The position numbers and the translations under genes are program-made. The notes beneath the pieces were generated by a model. That model searched no databases, was not told the origin of the DNA, and saw nothing but the letters and a program-made list of their open reading frames with translations. Source: Truepera sp. (GTDB lineage Bacteria > Deinococcota > Deinococci > Deinococcales > Trueperaceae). Taken from it: DNA of 64,000 nt. This document shows positions 22,693-33,401 of the stretch, in pieces (the first letter of the stretch is position 1; each line of letters begins with the position of its first letter). The DNA is taken from the NCBI GenBank assembly GCA_965218435.1, contig CBDCKW010000009.1, forward strand, positions 928,001 through 992,000, read 5' to 3'.

Positions 22693-23679
22693 ATGATTGA
22701 GGTTCAAGATTTGAGCAAACACTTTCGGGTACGCAAACGCCATGAAGGGCGGTTTGCTACGCTGCGTGACTTTACGACGCGTGAAACGCGCACAATCAAA
22801 GCTGTTGATGAGGTCAGCTTTGGGGTTGCTCGAGGCGAGGTCGTCGGCTACTTAGGCCCGAATGGAGCGGGCAAATCAACGACGATCAAGATGCTGACCG
22901 GCTTGCTCGTGCCCTCGAGCGGTCACGTAACAGTCAACGGCTTGACGCCTTGGCAGTCGCGGCGCACCTACGTTGCACGAATCGGTGCAGTCTTCGGTCA
23001 GCGCACGACGCTTTGGTGGGACTTGCCGGTCATTGAGTCGTTAGAACTGCTCCGCTATATCTACCGGGTTCCCGAAAGGATTTTCAAACAAAACCTACAA
23101 GAGTTTGAAGGGATGCTCGAGCTGCGTGAGTTTTTGTCTACGCCGGTACGGGCACTTTCACTCGGTCAGCGGATGCGCGCCGACCTCTGCGCCGCACTGC
23201 TCCATAATCCCGACCTACTATTTTTAGACGAACCGACTATCGGCCTCGACGTTGTAGCGAAAGAACGTATTCGGCAGTTCGTTCGGCACATCAACGAGGT
23301 TAGAGCGACGACGGTGCTCTTGACGACACATGACCTCGCCGACGTTCAAAAGCTCTGTCCGCGCGTGCTCATTATTGACCACGGCAAGCTGCTTTATGAC
23401 GGCACACTCAGCGTTTTGCAAGCGCGTTTTGGGGGCAAGTGGCAGCTCGAGGTGGATTTTGCCGAAGCCTATCCCGATGTCTCCGTTGATGGGGCAAAGC
23501 TCTTACACTTCACTGACCTTCGCGCGGTCTATGCGTTTGACCGACAAGTTTTAAGTGCTTCTGACTTGATCGGTCGGCTTTCTGCACACTTTAGCCTTCG
23601 TGACATCACGGTTCGTGAGCCTGACGCTGAAACGACGATTAGGCGTATCTACGAAGAAAAGTTGTTGATACAAAGCTGA
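22693..23679 (+). CDS. ABC transporter ATP-binding protein
   Basis: GPNGAGKST, LSLGQ, LDEPT. Confidence 0.95.
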   Translation: MIEVQDLSKHFRVRKRHEGRFATLRDFTTRETRTIKAVDEVSFGVARGEVVGYLGPNGAGKSTTIKMLTGLLVPSSGHVTVNGLTPWQSRRTYVARIGAVFGQRTTLWWDLPVIESLELLRYIYRVPERIFKQNLQEFEGMLELREFLSTPVRALSLGQRMRADLCAALLHNPDLLFLDEPTIGLDVVAKERIRQFVRHINEVRATTVLLTTHDLADVQKLCPRVLIIDHGKLLYDGTLSVLQARFGGKWQLEVDFAEAYPDVSVDGAKLLHFTDLRAVYAFDRQVLSASDLIGRLSAHFSLRDITVREPDAETTIRRIYEEKLLIQS

Positions 23680-23906
23680 TCTCAGTATGAGGATGAAGCT
23701 TATCGCCGCCCTCAAACGGTTGTCGAGGTTGCTAAAGCAGTCATAACCTAGCCCTACGCCGTCCCTAAGCTGAACTTCTGAGCTTGAAATGGTAAACATC
23801 TCATACAGAGTCACTCGTGCGGGGTCATCGTCGCCGGTTGACGACCCGGGTGACCCCGAACCGATTGTTGATCCGGTACCACCGGGCGGACCGGGGTAGC
23901 GCCATT

Positions 23907-25679
23907 TTACAAAGAAAACTGTGTGGCCTGACTTGCCACGATCAGCCAGGTGACGAAAAGTGCGTTGATCAGTGCTCCCGGATAGACGAGTCCGGTTCGA
24001 CTAAAGAAGTAGGTTGAAATGAGGGCGATAAGTGGCAAGACGATAATGAACTGGTGCGCGACAATCGTAAGTAGCGGCTCCCCGAGTGGTAACGGTGCGC
24101 CTAAAAAGAGCGGAACATACTGGATAACCAGGAGCAGGGCGATACCCGCAACGAGGATGAGGGCGTTGCGCCACATGATCCGGCCGCTACGAACCTCGTC
24201 ACCCGGCCTTCTAAGCTGACCGTTAAGCGCAACCCCGAGCATGACAAAAAACAGCGTAAACGGCAGCAGGTAGCTTAAGAAGATGCGCAGCTGCAGGGCG
24301 CTCATCAGCTTGAGCGCCACGACCCAAAAGCGGAAATCGGTCTTAAAAAGCCCTTCGCACACCGCTAGCAGCGTATAGGCACCGGCAACGACCACTACCG
24401 CAAAAAGAAGCGATTTGCCGAAAAGCGCGAACGTCCGACCGTTTTGGGCACGCAACCCATACGTGCGTGCGTTTGCACTGTGACCTCGAGCGGTCGTCAG
24501 GTGCCAAACTAAAAACAAGACCAGTGAGATGAGACTGTTGGCAAGTGCCCAAAATACGATACCTGTGGTAAGTTCTTGTGGGAACAGCGCACTCGCAGGG
24601 AACAGCTTTACACCGAGGTTTTGAAAGTAAAAGTAGGTCAGTGTGGGGATAAGCGTGGTCAGCAGGGCGGCTACCCACCAGCCTCTGCCGCTCGCCCCCT
24701 TAGCTTCCGGGATGGGTTGTTGTAACCCGGCAAACGCTGAGGTGGTGAGCAGCAAGCCGCCGAAACCGAACAAAAATAGCAGCGCTCCTACCAGGGCGAC
24801 GAGCGTCCCGGTCTCTTTCCAAAACCAAACCTGATTGCTAGCAGGTAGTGAGTTGGGAGCGGTGGTCGTCTTTTGCAGCCAGTCAATCGTCGCGCCGACC
24901 CCGGCTCGGGTGATGTGATCACCGGGGTGGGTTACCGGCGGCGCGTAGAGCTGCCGCGCCGTCCCGTCTTGAACCGAGCCGTACACTTTGCCGACCTCAA
25001 CCGGGGCGTCGGTTCCAAAGACGTTCTCGAGCTTCTCAGTGTCAACCACCCCGGCACCCGTAGGGCTGCCCCACATCAGCTCTGAAAACTCGTCAAAGCG
25101 GCTGAACACGAGCCCCAGATTTCTGGGGAATGTCGGCGTGCCGTCGGGGGCACCGAACGTCCCGGTTGACGAACCTGAGAGGATAATTGACTGGTACCCG
25201 TTAGGAAAGGCAGCCGCAGCGATGACCGAAGCCCAACCACCCATCGAGTGTCCCTCGAGTACCACCGCTTTAGGATTGACAAACGAAAGGGTACGCAAAT
25301 AGCGGAGTCCGTCGGAACCACCAAAGCCGTTGGCAAACGCAGGGGGTTCCGAATAGCCGTGCCCGGTTTGGTCGAGCGCAAGCACAACGTAACCGCGCCG
25401 GGCGTACTCGATGGCGTAAGGCGACTGGGTTTCGTTCGAGTTGATGTAACCGTGAATAGCTAGCACTGCCGGTGCCGGGGTCTCGCCGGTAGCGTTCCCC
25501 GGAAGATACAGTTTTCCGCTCATCATGAGCCCGTCTGTACCGGCAAAACGCACGTTGCTCACTTTGATCTGTCCACCGGCGGTTTGCACCCACGAAGCGA
25601 GGAAGCTGCCGCCAAAAACCAGCGCGAGCGAGAGAATAAAAAGGGTTAGAGGGAGACGCCGGGACATAGGTGATTGCAT
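23907..25679 (-). CDS. Alpha/beta hydrolase with C-terminal multi-TM domain
   Basis: IHG and GHSMGG, followed by many hydrophobic helices. Confidence 0.85.
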   Translation of the reverse strand: MQSPMSRRLPLTLFILSLALVFGGSFLASWVQTAGGQIKVSNVRFAGTDGLMMSGKLYLPGNATGETPAPAVLAIHGYINSNETQSPYAIEYARRGYVVLALDQTGHGYSEPPAFANGFGGSDGLRYLRTLSFVNPKAVVLEGHSMGGWASVIAAAAFPNGYQSIILSGSSTGTFGAPDGTPTFPRNLGLVFSRFDEFSELMWGSPTGAGVVDTEKLENVFGTDAPVEVGKVYGSVQDGTARQLYAPPVTHPGDHITRAGVGATIDWLQKTTTAPNSLPASNQVWFWKETGTLVALVGALLFLFGFGGLLLTTSAFAGLQQPIPEAKGASGRGWWVAALLTTLIPTLTYFYFQNLGVKLFPASALFPQELTTGIVFWALANSLISLVLFLVWHLTTARGHSANARTYGLRAQNGRTFALFGKSLLFAVVVVAGAYTLLAVCEGLFKTDFRFWVVALKLMSALQLRIFLSYLLPFTLFFVMLGVALNGQLRRPGDEVRSGRIMWRNALILVAGIALLLVIQYVPLFLGAPLPLGEPLLTIVAHQFIIVLPLIALISTYFFSRTGLVYPGALINALFVTWLIVASQATQFSL

Positions 25680-25721
25680 AGGAGTTCCTTTTCAACCGAA
25701 GTTCGTTGCTACAATTTAACC

Positions 25722-26018
25722 ATGTGCGGTCACTACACCCTTACGACGAAATACTTCATCAAGCACTCCGGTGTAGAGCAATGGTCGCATCACTTAAAGA
25801 TTAACGTACCTTACAAGACGATGGCAAAGCTTAGTGACCGGACGTTGATGATTCTATCGGCAGCTGATGATGAAAGGTGGCTCGAGCCCACGTTGAACCA
25901 AGTCGAAGCGGTTAAAGCCCCGCTGCAACCTTTTACGGGGAAGACGCGCGTGTATCCAGTTTTAAGCGCCGTTAACAGCCCTAAAAACAACGCTCCAGAC
26001 CTCATTGCTGCTACCTGA
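25722..26018 (+). pseudogene. SOS response-associated peptidase (SRAP) remnant with a large internal deletion
   Basis: N-terminal MCGHY and C-terminal YPV..AVNSPKNN are retained, but the ORF is only 98 aa. Confidence 0.65.
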
Positions 26019-27099
26019 GCCTGCTACCGTGCGCAAAATCATCCACCTCGACATGGACTGCTTTTACGCAGCCGTCGAAGTGCGCGACAACCCTGCCTTA
26101 CGCGGCGTACCTGTCGCTGTCGCGTGGAGGGGACCCCGCGGGGTGATCTTAACCGCCAACTACGAAGCGCGGGCCTTCGGCGTTCATTCAGCCCTGGCAA
26201 CAAGGACGGCGCTCAGGCGGTGTCCTGGACTTGTCCTGGCCACACCCCGGATGGACGTTTACAAAGAGGTTTCACAGGTTATCCGGGGGGTATTTTACCG
26301 CTACACCGACCTCGTTGAGCCGCTATCACTCGACGAAGCGTATCTCGATGTCACAGCGCCCAAAAGAGGACCGCCCTCGGCAACTCGGCTTGCCGAACAG
26401 CTTAAACGCGACCTTGAAGCCGCGACGGGGCTTACAGCGTCAGCGGGCGTGTCGTACAACAAGTTCTTAGCTAAGCTCGCCTCGGGAACGAACAAACCCG
26501 CTGGGCTCACCGTGATCCTGCCCGAGCAGGCTCAGCGTGTGCTCGAGGCCCTCCCGATAGAAGCGTTTCATGGGATTGGCCCGGTGACCGCCAAACGTTT
26601 TAACGAACTAGCTGTCTACACTGGAGCCGATCTCAAAGCACAAACGCTCGCGGGTCTTAAGGGCACCTTCGGCAAAGCTGGAGAGCACTTTTACCACATC
26701 GTCCGGGGTGTTGACGAGCGCCCGGTTGTCGCTAACCGACCGTACAAGTCGGTCAGCGCGGAAACGACGTTCGAGACTGACCTCTATGACCTCGAGCCGT
26801 TGGTTGCTGAACTCGCGCCCTTAGCCAAGCAAGTTGAGGTGATACTCGAGCAGGCGGGTCTAGCGGCCAAAGCTGTAGTTGTCAAACTCAAGTACCAAGA
26901 CTTCCGCACGATCACCCGCCGCACTACGCTGCCTTATCTGCTGACGAGTGGCGGCGAACTACAGCGAGAGGCGGAAAGGCTCTTGCGAGGGCTCGAGCTC
27001 GAGACCAGTATAAGGCTGCTGGGTGTGGGCGCTCAAGGGCTGGTGGTTGTGAAAGACGTTGGGGTCGTGCAGACGCTTCTATTTCCGCCATCAATCTGA
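26005..27099 (+). CDS. dinB: DNA polymerase IV
   Basis: RKIIHLDMDCFYAAVE, SLDEAYLD, NKFLAKLAS. Confidence 0.96.
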   Translation: MLLPEPATVRKIIHLDMDCFYAAVEVRDNPALRGVPVAVAWRGPRGVILTANYEARAFGVHSALATRTALRRCPGLVLATPRMDVYKEVSQVIRGVFYRYTDLVEPLSLDEAYLDVTAPKRGPPSATRLAEQLKRDLEAATGLTASAGVSYNKFLAKLASGTNKPAGLTVILPEQAQRVLEALPIEAFHGIGPVTAKRFNELAVYTGADLKAQTLAGLKGTFGKAGEHFYHIVRGVDERPVVANRPYKSVSAETTFETDLYDLEPLVAELAPLAKQVEVILEQAGLAAKAVVVKLKYQDFRTITRRTTLPYLLTSGGELQREAERLLRGLELETSIRLLGVGAQGLVVVKDVGVVQTLLFPPSI

Positions 27100-27177
27100 G
27101 CCATAGCCTTTCTTAAGAGCGGTCAGGTAAGCACGTTCTGGAGCATCTGAAACCTTTCTCAGCTAAACATCTTGCAC

Positions 27178-27351
27178 CTCGCGCTGACCTTAACCGTAGG
27201 TTTGCGAACGCTGCAAGGACAGTACAACACGGGCTGGACTTTACTTATGGCAGGCTCGGTGATCGCCTTGGTACCGGTTTTACTCGTGTTTATCTTTGCT
27301 CAGCGTTATTTTATTAAAGGCATTGCGATGACAGGGCTTGGCGGCCGCTGA
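27178..27351 (+). pseudogene. C-terminal fragment of carbohydrate ABC permease
   Basis: TLTVGL..WTLLMAGSVIALVPVLLVFIFAQRYFIKGI. Confidence 0.8.
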
Positions 27352-27352
27352 C

Positions 27353-29506
27353 GTGGCGCTCATTGACACGGCTTACGAAACGAAAAAGCCTTGGAGGTTT
27401 TGCACCGCTGCGTTTCGCCCCTTGGGTTCAAAGCGTCGGCACTCGCAGGTGGCTACCCACAGGTGTGGGCGAGAGACGCCCCGATTACCTCGTTAGGCGC
27501 ACTTTTAACGGGCGACGCTGAGTTAATCGCGTGCGCTAGGGCTTCACTCGAGACCCTCAGCAGCAAACAGACCGACCTCGGCATGATTCACCTGAACGTC
27601 GATACGCGAACAGGCGAGGTGACCACCGAAAATGCCGGTGCGGTTGACGCGAACTTGTGGTTTATTATCGGGCACTTCTGTTATCTGAAGGCCACGGATG
27701 ACGAAGTGTTCGTCCGCGCTCAGTGGTCCAAGCTAACCCAAGCCCTGCTCTGGTTACGGTATCAAGACATGAACGACTGCGGCCTGTTAGAAGTCCCTGA
27801 AGCGGGAGACTGGGCCGACCTCTATTCAGTTCGCTATAACGTGCTGTACGTCGCAGCCCTGCGGATGATGGCGCAGCTGGCTGAGCGGTTGGGTGAACGA
27901 AACGTGGGGTATCTCGAGCGAGCAAAAGACGTTGCGTACAAACTTAACCTACTTTTTTGGCTCGACCGGCCCTGGGATGGGCGGGTGTTTGGAGAGCAGC
28001 TCGAGCACCTCAAGGCGATGCGGCTCGAGTGGTTTTTGCTTTACCAGAACACGGCAACGCTCACTGAAATACCTTACTACCCTAATTGCCAGTAAGACTC
28101 AGTCGAGGTTGGAGAGAACGAGCGCGAGTAAAGAGGCGTTGAGCTTGATAAAGAAGCCCTGATTGGTGCGAGCTCTGAGCCGTTGCGTGCCCATACTCTC
28201 TAGCTGGCTGTTGAGGGTTTCAATGCTTTTGCGGTAACGCTGAAGCGCGAAGAACTCAGCGAGTGTATTTTGCTCTTTCATATTCTTACGACGTGACGGC
28301 ACAAGCTTAACCCCGGTGTCTGCAACACTGTTATAGGCTTTATCAGCGTAGACACGTGCGCCTTGGGGTAAGGCGTAGCACAGCTCATGAACTGGTGTGA
28401 GGTCGTATAGCAGGCCCAAGAGGGCCGGGGCACTGCCCCCTATGCTGATGACTCGCTTCTAAAAGAGCAAAGCTTACCGGGATACCTGCAGGCGTACAGA
28501 CCAGATGCAGTCGCCAGCCGAAGAATTTCTCTTTTTTAGCAGCGCAGTAGCCGCAGAACGCCTTACCCCTGACTTTTTTGCAGCGTCTAGCGCGAACCCG
28601 CTTGCACACAGGCAAAGGCACGCTATCGATGATAAACACGTCGCCTTGTGTAAACAACACAGCAAGCAAACCAAGCAACCCTTCGAACCAAGCCGCTAGA
28701 GCATGGAGTCGTCGGTTATAACGTGACACGCTTAAACGCGGCACATAACCTGAGCGGACCATGACGCACAGGGCGCGTTCCTGATGGTTCTGAAAATACT
28801 TCGCTGCCACCACCGCAACGGTCAAAACTTCCGGATCGCTAACGGTGGCAAGCGGGTGACTGTAATGCCCGAGTTCTTCCAAGGTCTCCGCAATAACGCT
28901 ATATGCAGCTATGATAAAGCTGTCGTCCATGTGCCGTGCCTCCTCAAACTCATGTCCTCAAACATCAGTTTAGGAGTCACCCACATGGATGGCAACTGGT
29001 AATTACGGTCTTACTATCTGCCGTGGGTCGGATTTCGTGAATTCGGGCATACCTTCGACGGCTTCGGGAATACCCTGGCAATTTTGACCGGTGTCGCCGA
29101 TGAAGCGAAAAGCCAACGCATCTTGGATTACGCCCACGCATCAGGCGCAGATCATCCCTATCCGTTCAAAGCGTTTTCGCCGCCTATCTACCCTGGTGAG
29201 CGCGATTGGCGTGAGTATTTTCGCAGTCGTCATCTGAACTTGCCGCATCAGTACCATAACGGCGGCAGCTGGCCCTTTTTGGGTGGCTTTTACGTCGTCG
29301 CTCTCGTCAAGCTCAGGCCGAAGCGCAGCTTCACCTCCTGGCTGAAGCCGTTCGGCAGGGCGTTCACGGTGAGTGGGAATTTAACGAGTGGCATCACGGG
29401 GTTACGGGCAGGCCGATAGGCTATCCGCTGCAAGCATGGTCAGTGGGACTCTATGTTTACGCTTACCGAGCTTTGCATCAGGGAGAAGCCACGTTTTTCA
29501 ACCTAG
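27353..29506 (+). pseudogene. Glycoside hydrolase (amylo-alpha-1,6-glucosidase/GH100-like), split by IS982 and frameshifted
   Basis: YPQVWARD, DANLWF and HQYHNGGSWPFLGG; reads IPYYLPWVGFRE once the IS is removed. Confidence 0.8.
28079..29009 (-). mobile_element. IS982 family element, disrupted transposase, 6-bp TSD CTTACT
   Basis: IRs ACCCTAATTGCCAGT / ACTGGTAATTACGGT; motifs IDSVPLPVC, FFGWRLH, ADKAY. Confidence 0.92.
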
Positions 29507-29561
29507 GATAAGCTCATTTTCGCGTTATGGCAAAGGTGACACCGAAAAACGCACCATAGGT

Positions 29562-29930
29562 TTAGTGCTCTTCTACTGCCAAAGCGTCTCTCAGCGCGTC
29601 GCCCACGAAGTTAAGCGCAAGGACCACGAGCATAATCGTCAGACCCGGAAAAACCGAGTACCACCAGACGCTAAAGATGTAGGTCAGTCCGTCGTCTGAA
29701 GTCGTCCCCGACTCGGCCAACTCGGAGACAACTTCGGCAGTTGCCGGGTCAAAGGTCGTCAAGCCCTCGTAGATGTTATCTAAAATGCGCCTCGAGGCCA
29801 CCGTCGTGGTGCGCTAGGCGTCGAGGCTTTCGGGGTCCGAGTCAATCGGATAGTTGAGCGTTCCCTGTGCCTGAACACCGGTGACGAGGCAGCAAACGGT
29901 ACTTAGTAGTAGAACAGGTCGTTTTAACAT
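29562..29930 (-). pseudogene. Collapsed peptide ABC operon: substrate-binding N-terminus fused to permease C-terminus
   Basis: Signal peptide, [17 protein letters not shown] and SDDGLTYIF joined to [20 protein letters not shown]. Confidence 0.8.
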
Positions 29931-30061
29931 CGTGCTCTCCTTAAAGCTGGCTTTACAGCGGTAGACCTGCACAACGCGTAATTGTGTTGTAGCACTATAT
30001 CAGTAGTAAGTGCGCACAGGCTGAGTGGATAGCCTATACCGCGCGTGCTTGACACCAGTCT

Positions 30062-31474
30062 TTACTGTTCTAAAGTCTGCCGCGCCAAAAAGCGCATTCC
30101 TAGCTGTACGCCGCGAACATCGCCCACATCATCCCAAACAACACGCCCAGCGTCATAATGAGGACCCGAGCCGACAAAAAATTCGCCGTTCGGTGCCAGC
30201 CAAACCCGCCCTGCTTCAGCTAACTCTTTACCGGAGCGAGCGAAGAGGGTCTCATCTTCTAGTCGCACGTCAAATTTGCCCCACGGCTCGAGGGAACGAT
30301 AGCGACCTGCCAAGTTTTGTTTCGCTGCTAGCGGCGCTTCGTGAGTGGGCAGCGTATAAAGCGGCGTCTCGAGCTCGAGACCAAGTACCGCATTGACGGC
30401 CGCCAACCACACCCGACTCACCGGTTTGTCTTCAAGGTTTGAGAGCACTGCAACGCCGAGGTTATGTTCAGGGACAAACCCCAGGTGGCTCGAGACACCC
30501 TTTAAGCCGCCCCCGTGCCGCACGAGCGTCACCCCGTGGTAGTTCGGCCTAATCGTTAGACCAAGGCCATAAGAAGGCTGAGGTGCGCACCAAGCGCGTG
30601 GGGTCCAGAGTTGCCGCACCTGCTCAGGTGAGATAGGTAGCTTGGAGCTGGCCGGGTTGAGCAGGAAGTTCAGGTAACGTCCGAGGTCGTGAGCTGACGC
30701 TTTCAAAAATCCTGTCGCTAAATGCGCCGGGGCCTGTTCCCACTGCGGCGAGGCGTACACTTGGTCTCGCGGGTCTTCGGCGTAAAGCGTCGTTACATTG
30801 CCTAGAGCCTCAGCAGCCGTAAGGTCAAAGGTTGAACGGGTCATCCCCAGCGGAGCTAAAATCTGCGCTTCAACAAACTGCGCGTATGGAACGCCAGAAA
30901 CTGTTTCGATCACCGCACCTAAAAGTCCGTAGACGTCGTTTTGATAGCTCATCAGCTGACCGGGTAAGGCGACCGGCGGCTCGGTCTGCGCCGCTAGAAA
31001 GGCGAGAAGGTCGGCGGTGCTTTGGAGGGTCGGAACGCCTTCAGGATAAGAGCGAAGATAACGCTCACCGGGGTCGCCCAGCTGACTAGGCCGTAATGCG
31101 TAGCTGAGACCTGGTAAAGACGGTATCCCACTTGTATGCGACGCGGCGTGTAAAAGGGTTACGTCAGCTCCGTGGTCACGGCCGAGACCGGGATAACGAA
31201 AGTTAGATAGGTAGGTTCTGAGCGGCGCTTGTAGTTTAAGTCTGCCCTCGGCCTCGAGCAGAAGAAGCGCGAGCGCCGTAAACGACTTGGTAAGTGACGC
31301 GATGCCGAAGATAGTGTCGGAGGTAGCGGCTTCCCCGGCTGCTACATCACGCAAACCGAAGCCTTGGGCGAAAACGACCTCGCCACCCTGCACGATAGTC
31401 ACTGCGCCACCTGGCATACCTTCGGTCTCGAAGAAAGTCTCAGCGTAGGTTTGAAACTGCGTTTTCCAGTGCAT
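30062..31474 (-). CDS. Serine hydrolase (beta-lactamase family)
   Basis: SLTK (SxxK), YQN, HGG. Confidence 0.9.
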   Translation of the reverse strand: MHWKTQFQTYAETFFETEGMPGGAVTIVQGGEVVFAQGFGLRDVAAGEAATSDTIFGIASLTKSFTALALLLLEAEGRLKLQAPLRTYLSNFRYPGLGRDHGADVTLLHAASHTSGIPSLPGLSYALRPSQLGDPGERYLRSYPEGVPTLQSTADLLAFLAAQTEPPVALPGQLMSYQNDVYGLLGAVIETVSGVPYAQFVEAQILAPLGMTRSTFDLTAAEALGNVTTLYAEDPRDQVYASPQWEQAPAHLATGFLKASAHDLGRYLNFLLNPASSKLPISPEQVRQLWTPRAWCAPQPSYGLGLTIRPNYHGVTLVRHGGGLKGVSSHLGFVPEHNLGVAVLSNLEDKPVSRVWLAAVNAVLGLELETPLYTLPTHEAPLAAKQNLAGRYRSLEPWGKFDVRLEDETLFARSGKELAEAGRVWLAPNGEFFVGSGPHYDAGRVVWDDVGDVRGVQLGMRFLARQTLEQ

Positions 31475-31731
31475 GGCAAATCCTAAATTATTTGGCCTTA
31501 TGTCTCTTCGTCCTTACAGTAATACAAAATGCTTGAGGTGACGCCCCACATACCTGGCTATCGCTATCTAAGTGGTGTAGGTAGACCGCTTGACGGCCTA
31601 CCCGCTGCCTCAAAAAATGCTTAGGTCTCGGCATAGAGAAGTCGTCGCAGTCCCTGTCTTCTCCCACCGGGTCGTAAGCGCGGGCCGGGCAGCGGCCTAC
31701 CGAACCCTGCCCGCGTTTTGGTGTGACGGTG

Positions 31732-32857
31732 CTAAGTACACGACAATTTTGCGAACGAGAGTTCTCCGAGGAGAATGTTTATTGAGTAGATAAACATCTA
31801 AGGAGAACTCAGATGAAGCATACAGGATTAGTAGAGGCGTTGTTAGCGGTAAGCTTGGGCTTGCATAAGTCGAGGTTGGAATGCTTGAGCATGTTGATGC
31901 TGGGAATGGTTGAAGCGAGTACAGTCAACCTAAAGACAGTGGTAGGAACAGTACAGAGTCAGGCTCAAGAAGATTCGGTTTACCGGCGCACGCAACGCTT
32001 TTTTGCCGAGTTAGAGCTTGACGGACTGCTGTTCACCAAAGTCATGGTCAAGTTGCTGGCGAAAACGCGCTACACGCTGTGCCTGGACAGAACGAATTGG
32101 CAGTTTGGGGTGTTTGACATCAACATTTTGATGGTGGCTGTTGCAGATCAGGGCATTGCCATACCTTTGGCCTTTGTCTTGCTAGAGAGACGTGGCAACT
32201 CCAACACGCTAGAGCGCACGCAACTGTTAGAGCAGGTGTTGGAAGTTATCAAACCAGAGCAAATTGAGGTTTTACTCGCAGACAGAGAGTTTATAGGACA
32301 AAACTGGTTCACGTTCTTGAGCGACAAGAACATTCCTTTTGCTATCCGCATAAGAGAAAATAGTTTGGCAGACGAGTGGTTTCGCCTTTCTGCTTTTTCC
32401 CGCAGCTCAAGAAGGCGCAAAAGAAGTGTCTCTACCACCGTTACAAGATTTGTGGTTGCCCCCTTAGCGTGGCGGCTACTAAAAGTGCAGACGGTGGGCT
32501 TGTCATCGTCGTGAGCAACCGTCAACCCGCTTGGGCTTTGCCACCTACGCAACGCGTTGGCAGATAAAGTCTTTGTTCAAAGCTTTGAAGTCCAGCAGCT
32601 TTGGACTTGAAGACACGCACCTTAAAGACATCAACCGTATCACTACCCTCGTTGCTATCGTGAGTTTGGCTTTCCTCTGGGCGCTCAAGGTCGGTCACTA
32701 GCTCCATAAACAACGTCCTATCCGCCTCAAGTCTCATGGTCGCCGCAAAAAATCCGGTTTTCGTCTCGGCTTTGACTTTATCCGTCGTGCTATTTCTAAT
32801 CTTGCTCTCGACAACAAGCCCCTACTCAGCACTTTTGGGCTTTTGTCGTGTACTTAG
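31732..32857 (+). mobile_element. IS4 family element, frameshifted transposase
   Basis: Perfect 15-bp IR CTAAGTACACGACAA; motifs LDRTNW, RGNSN, ADREF. Confidence 0.92.
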
Positions 32858-33401
32858 GTTTTACCGTTATAGTTTGCTCATGAACCTCGAGCATTAGGCC
32901 CAGTAAATCAGTGCAACAGATCAAGGTTTTAAGTTAGACATCATCTGTTGCTTAGTTCAAGTCATAGCTCCTGAATCCCAGCTTAGCGAGAGTATAGGCT
33001 TTCTTGTGCGCTCTTAATATGTGCATTTAATGGAACATTCCTCACTACCCGGACAAAAAAGAGGAAACCAGTCTGTGCGATGATTGAGGTGTGAACAAAA
33101 CCGAAAGCAACGAACTGGCTTATGTATAAGCGTAACGAATTAAGCGCAAAAATCCAAGCTTACCTTGTACCCGCACTAAGTACAACCAACCTAAAGTCAA
33201 ACACTAATAGCGCCTAGCAGATCAAGGGCTTTGAGTACAGTTTGTTTAAGTTCAGCTAAAGAAGCGTAGCAACGTCTAGGTAAAAGGAAACCTTTGAGCA
33301 CACGCCAGAAGCCTTCTATAGGGTTAAGGTGCGGCGAATAAGGGGGCAGGTAGCGTAGATAGAGACCTTTAGCTTGCCAGGTGGCTTCAACAAAAGCGTC
33401 T

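Noticed and set aside
31668..31716. Third copy of the double-hairpin mini-element, or a ribozyme
   Set aside because: Only GGGCCGGGC matches; the first hairpin is absent and there is no ribozyme consensus.
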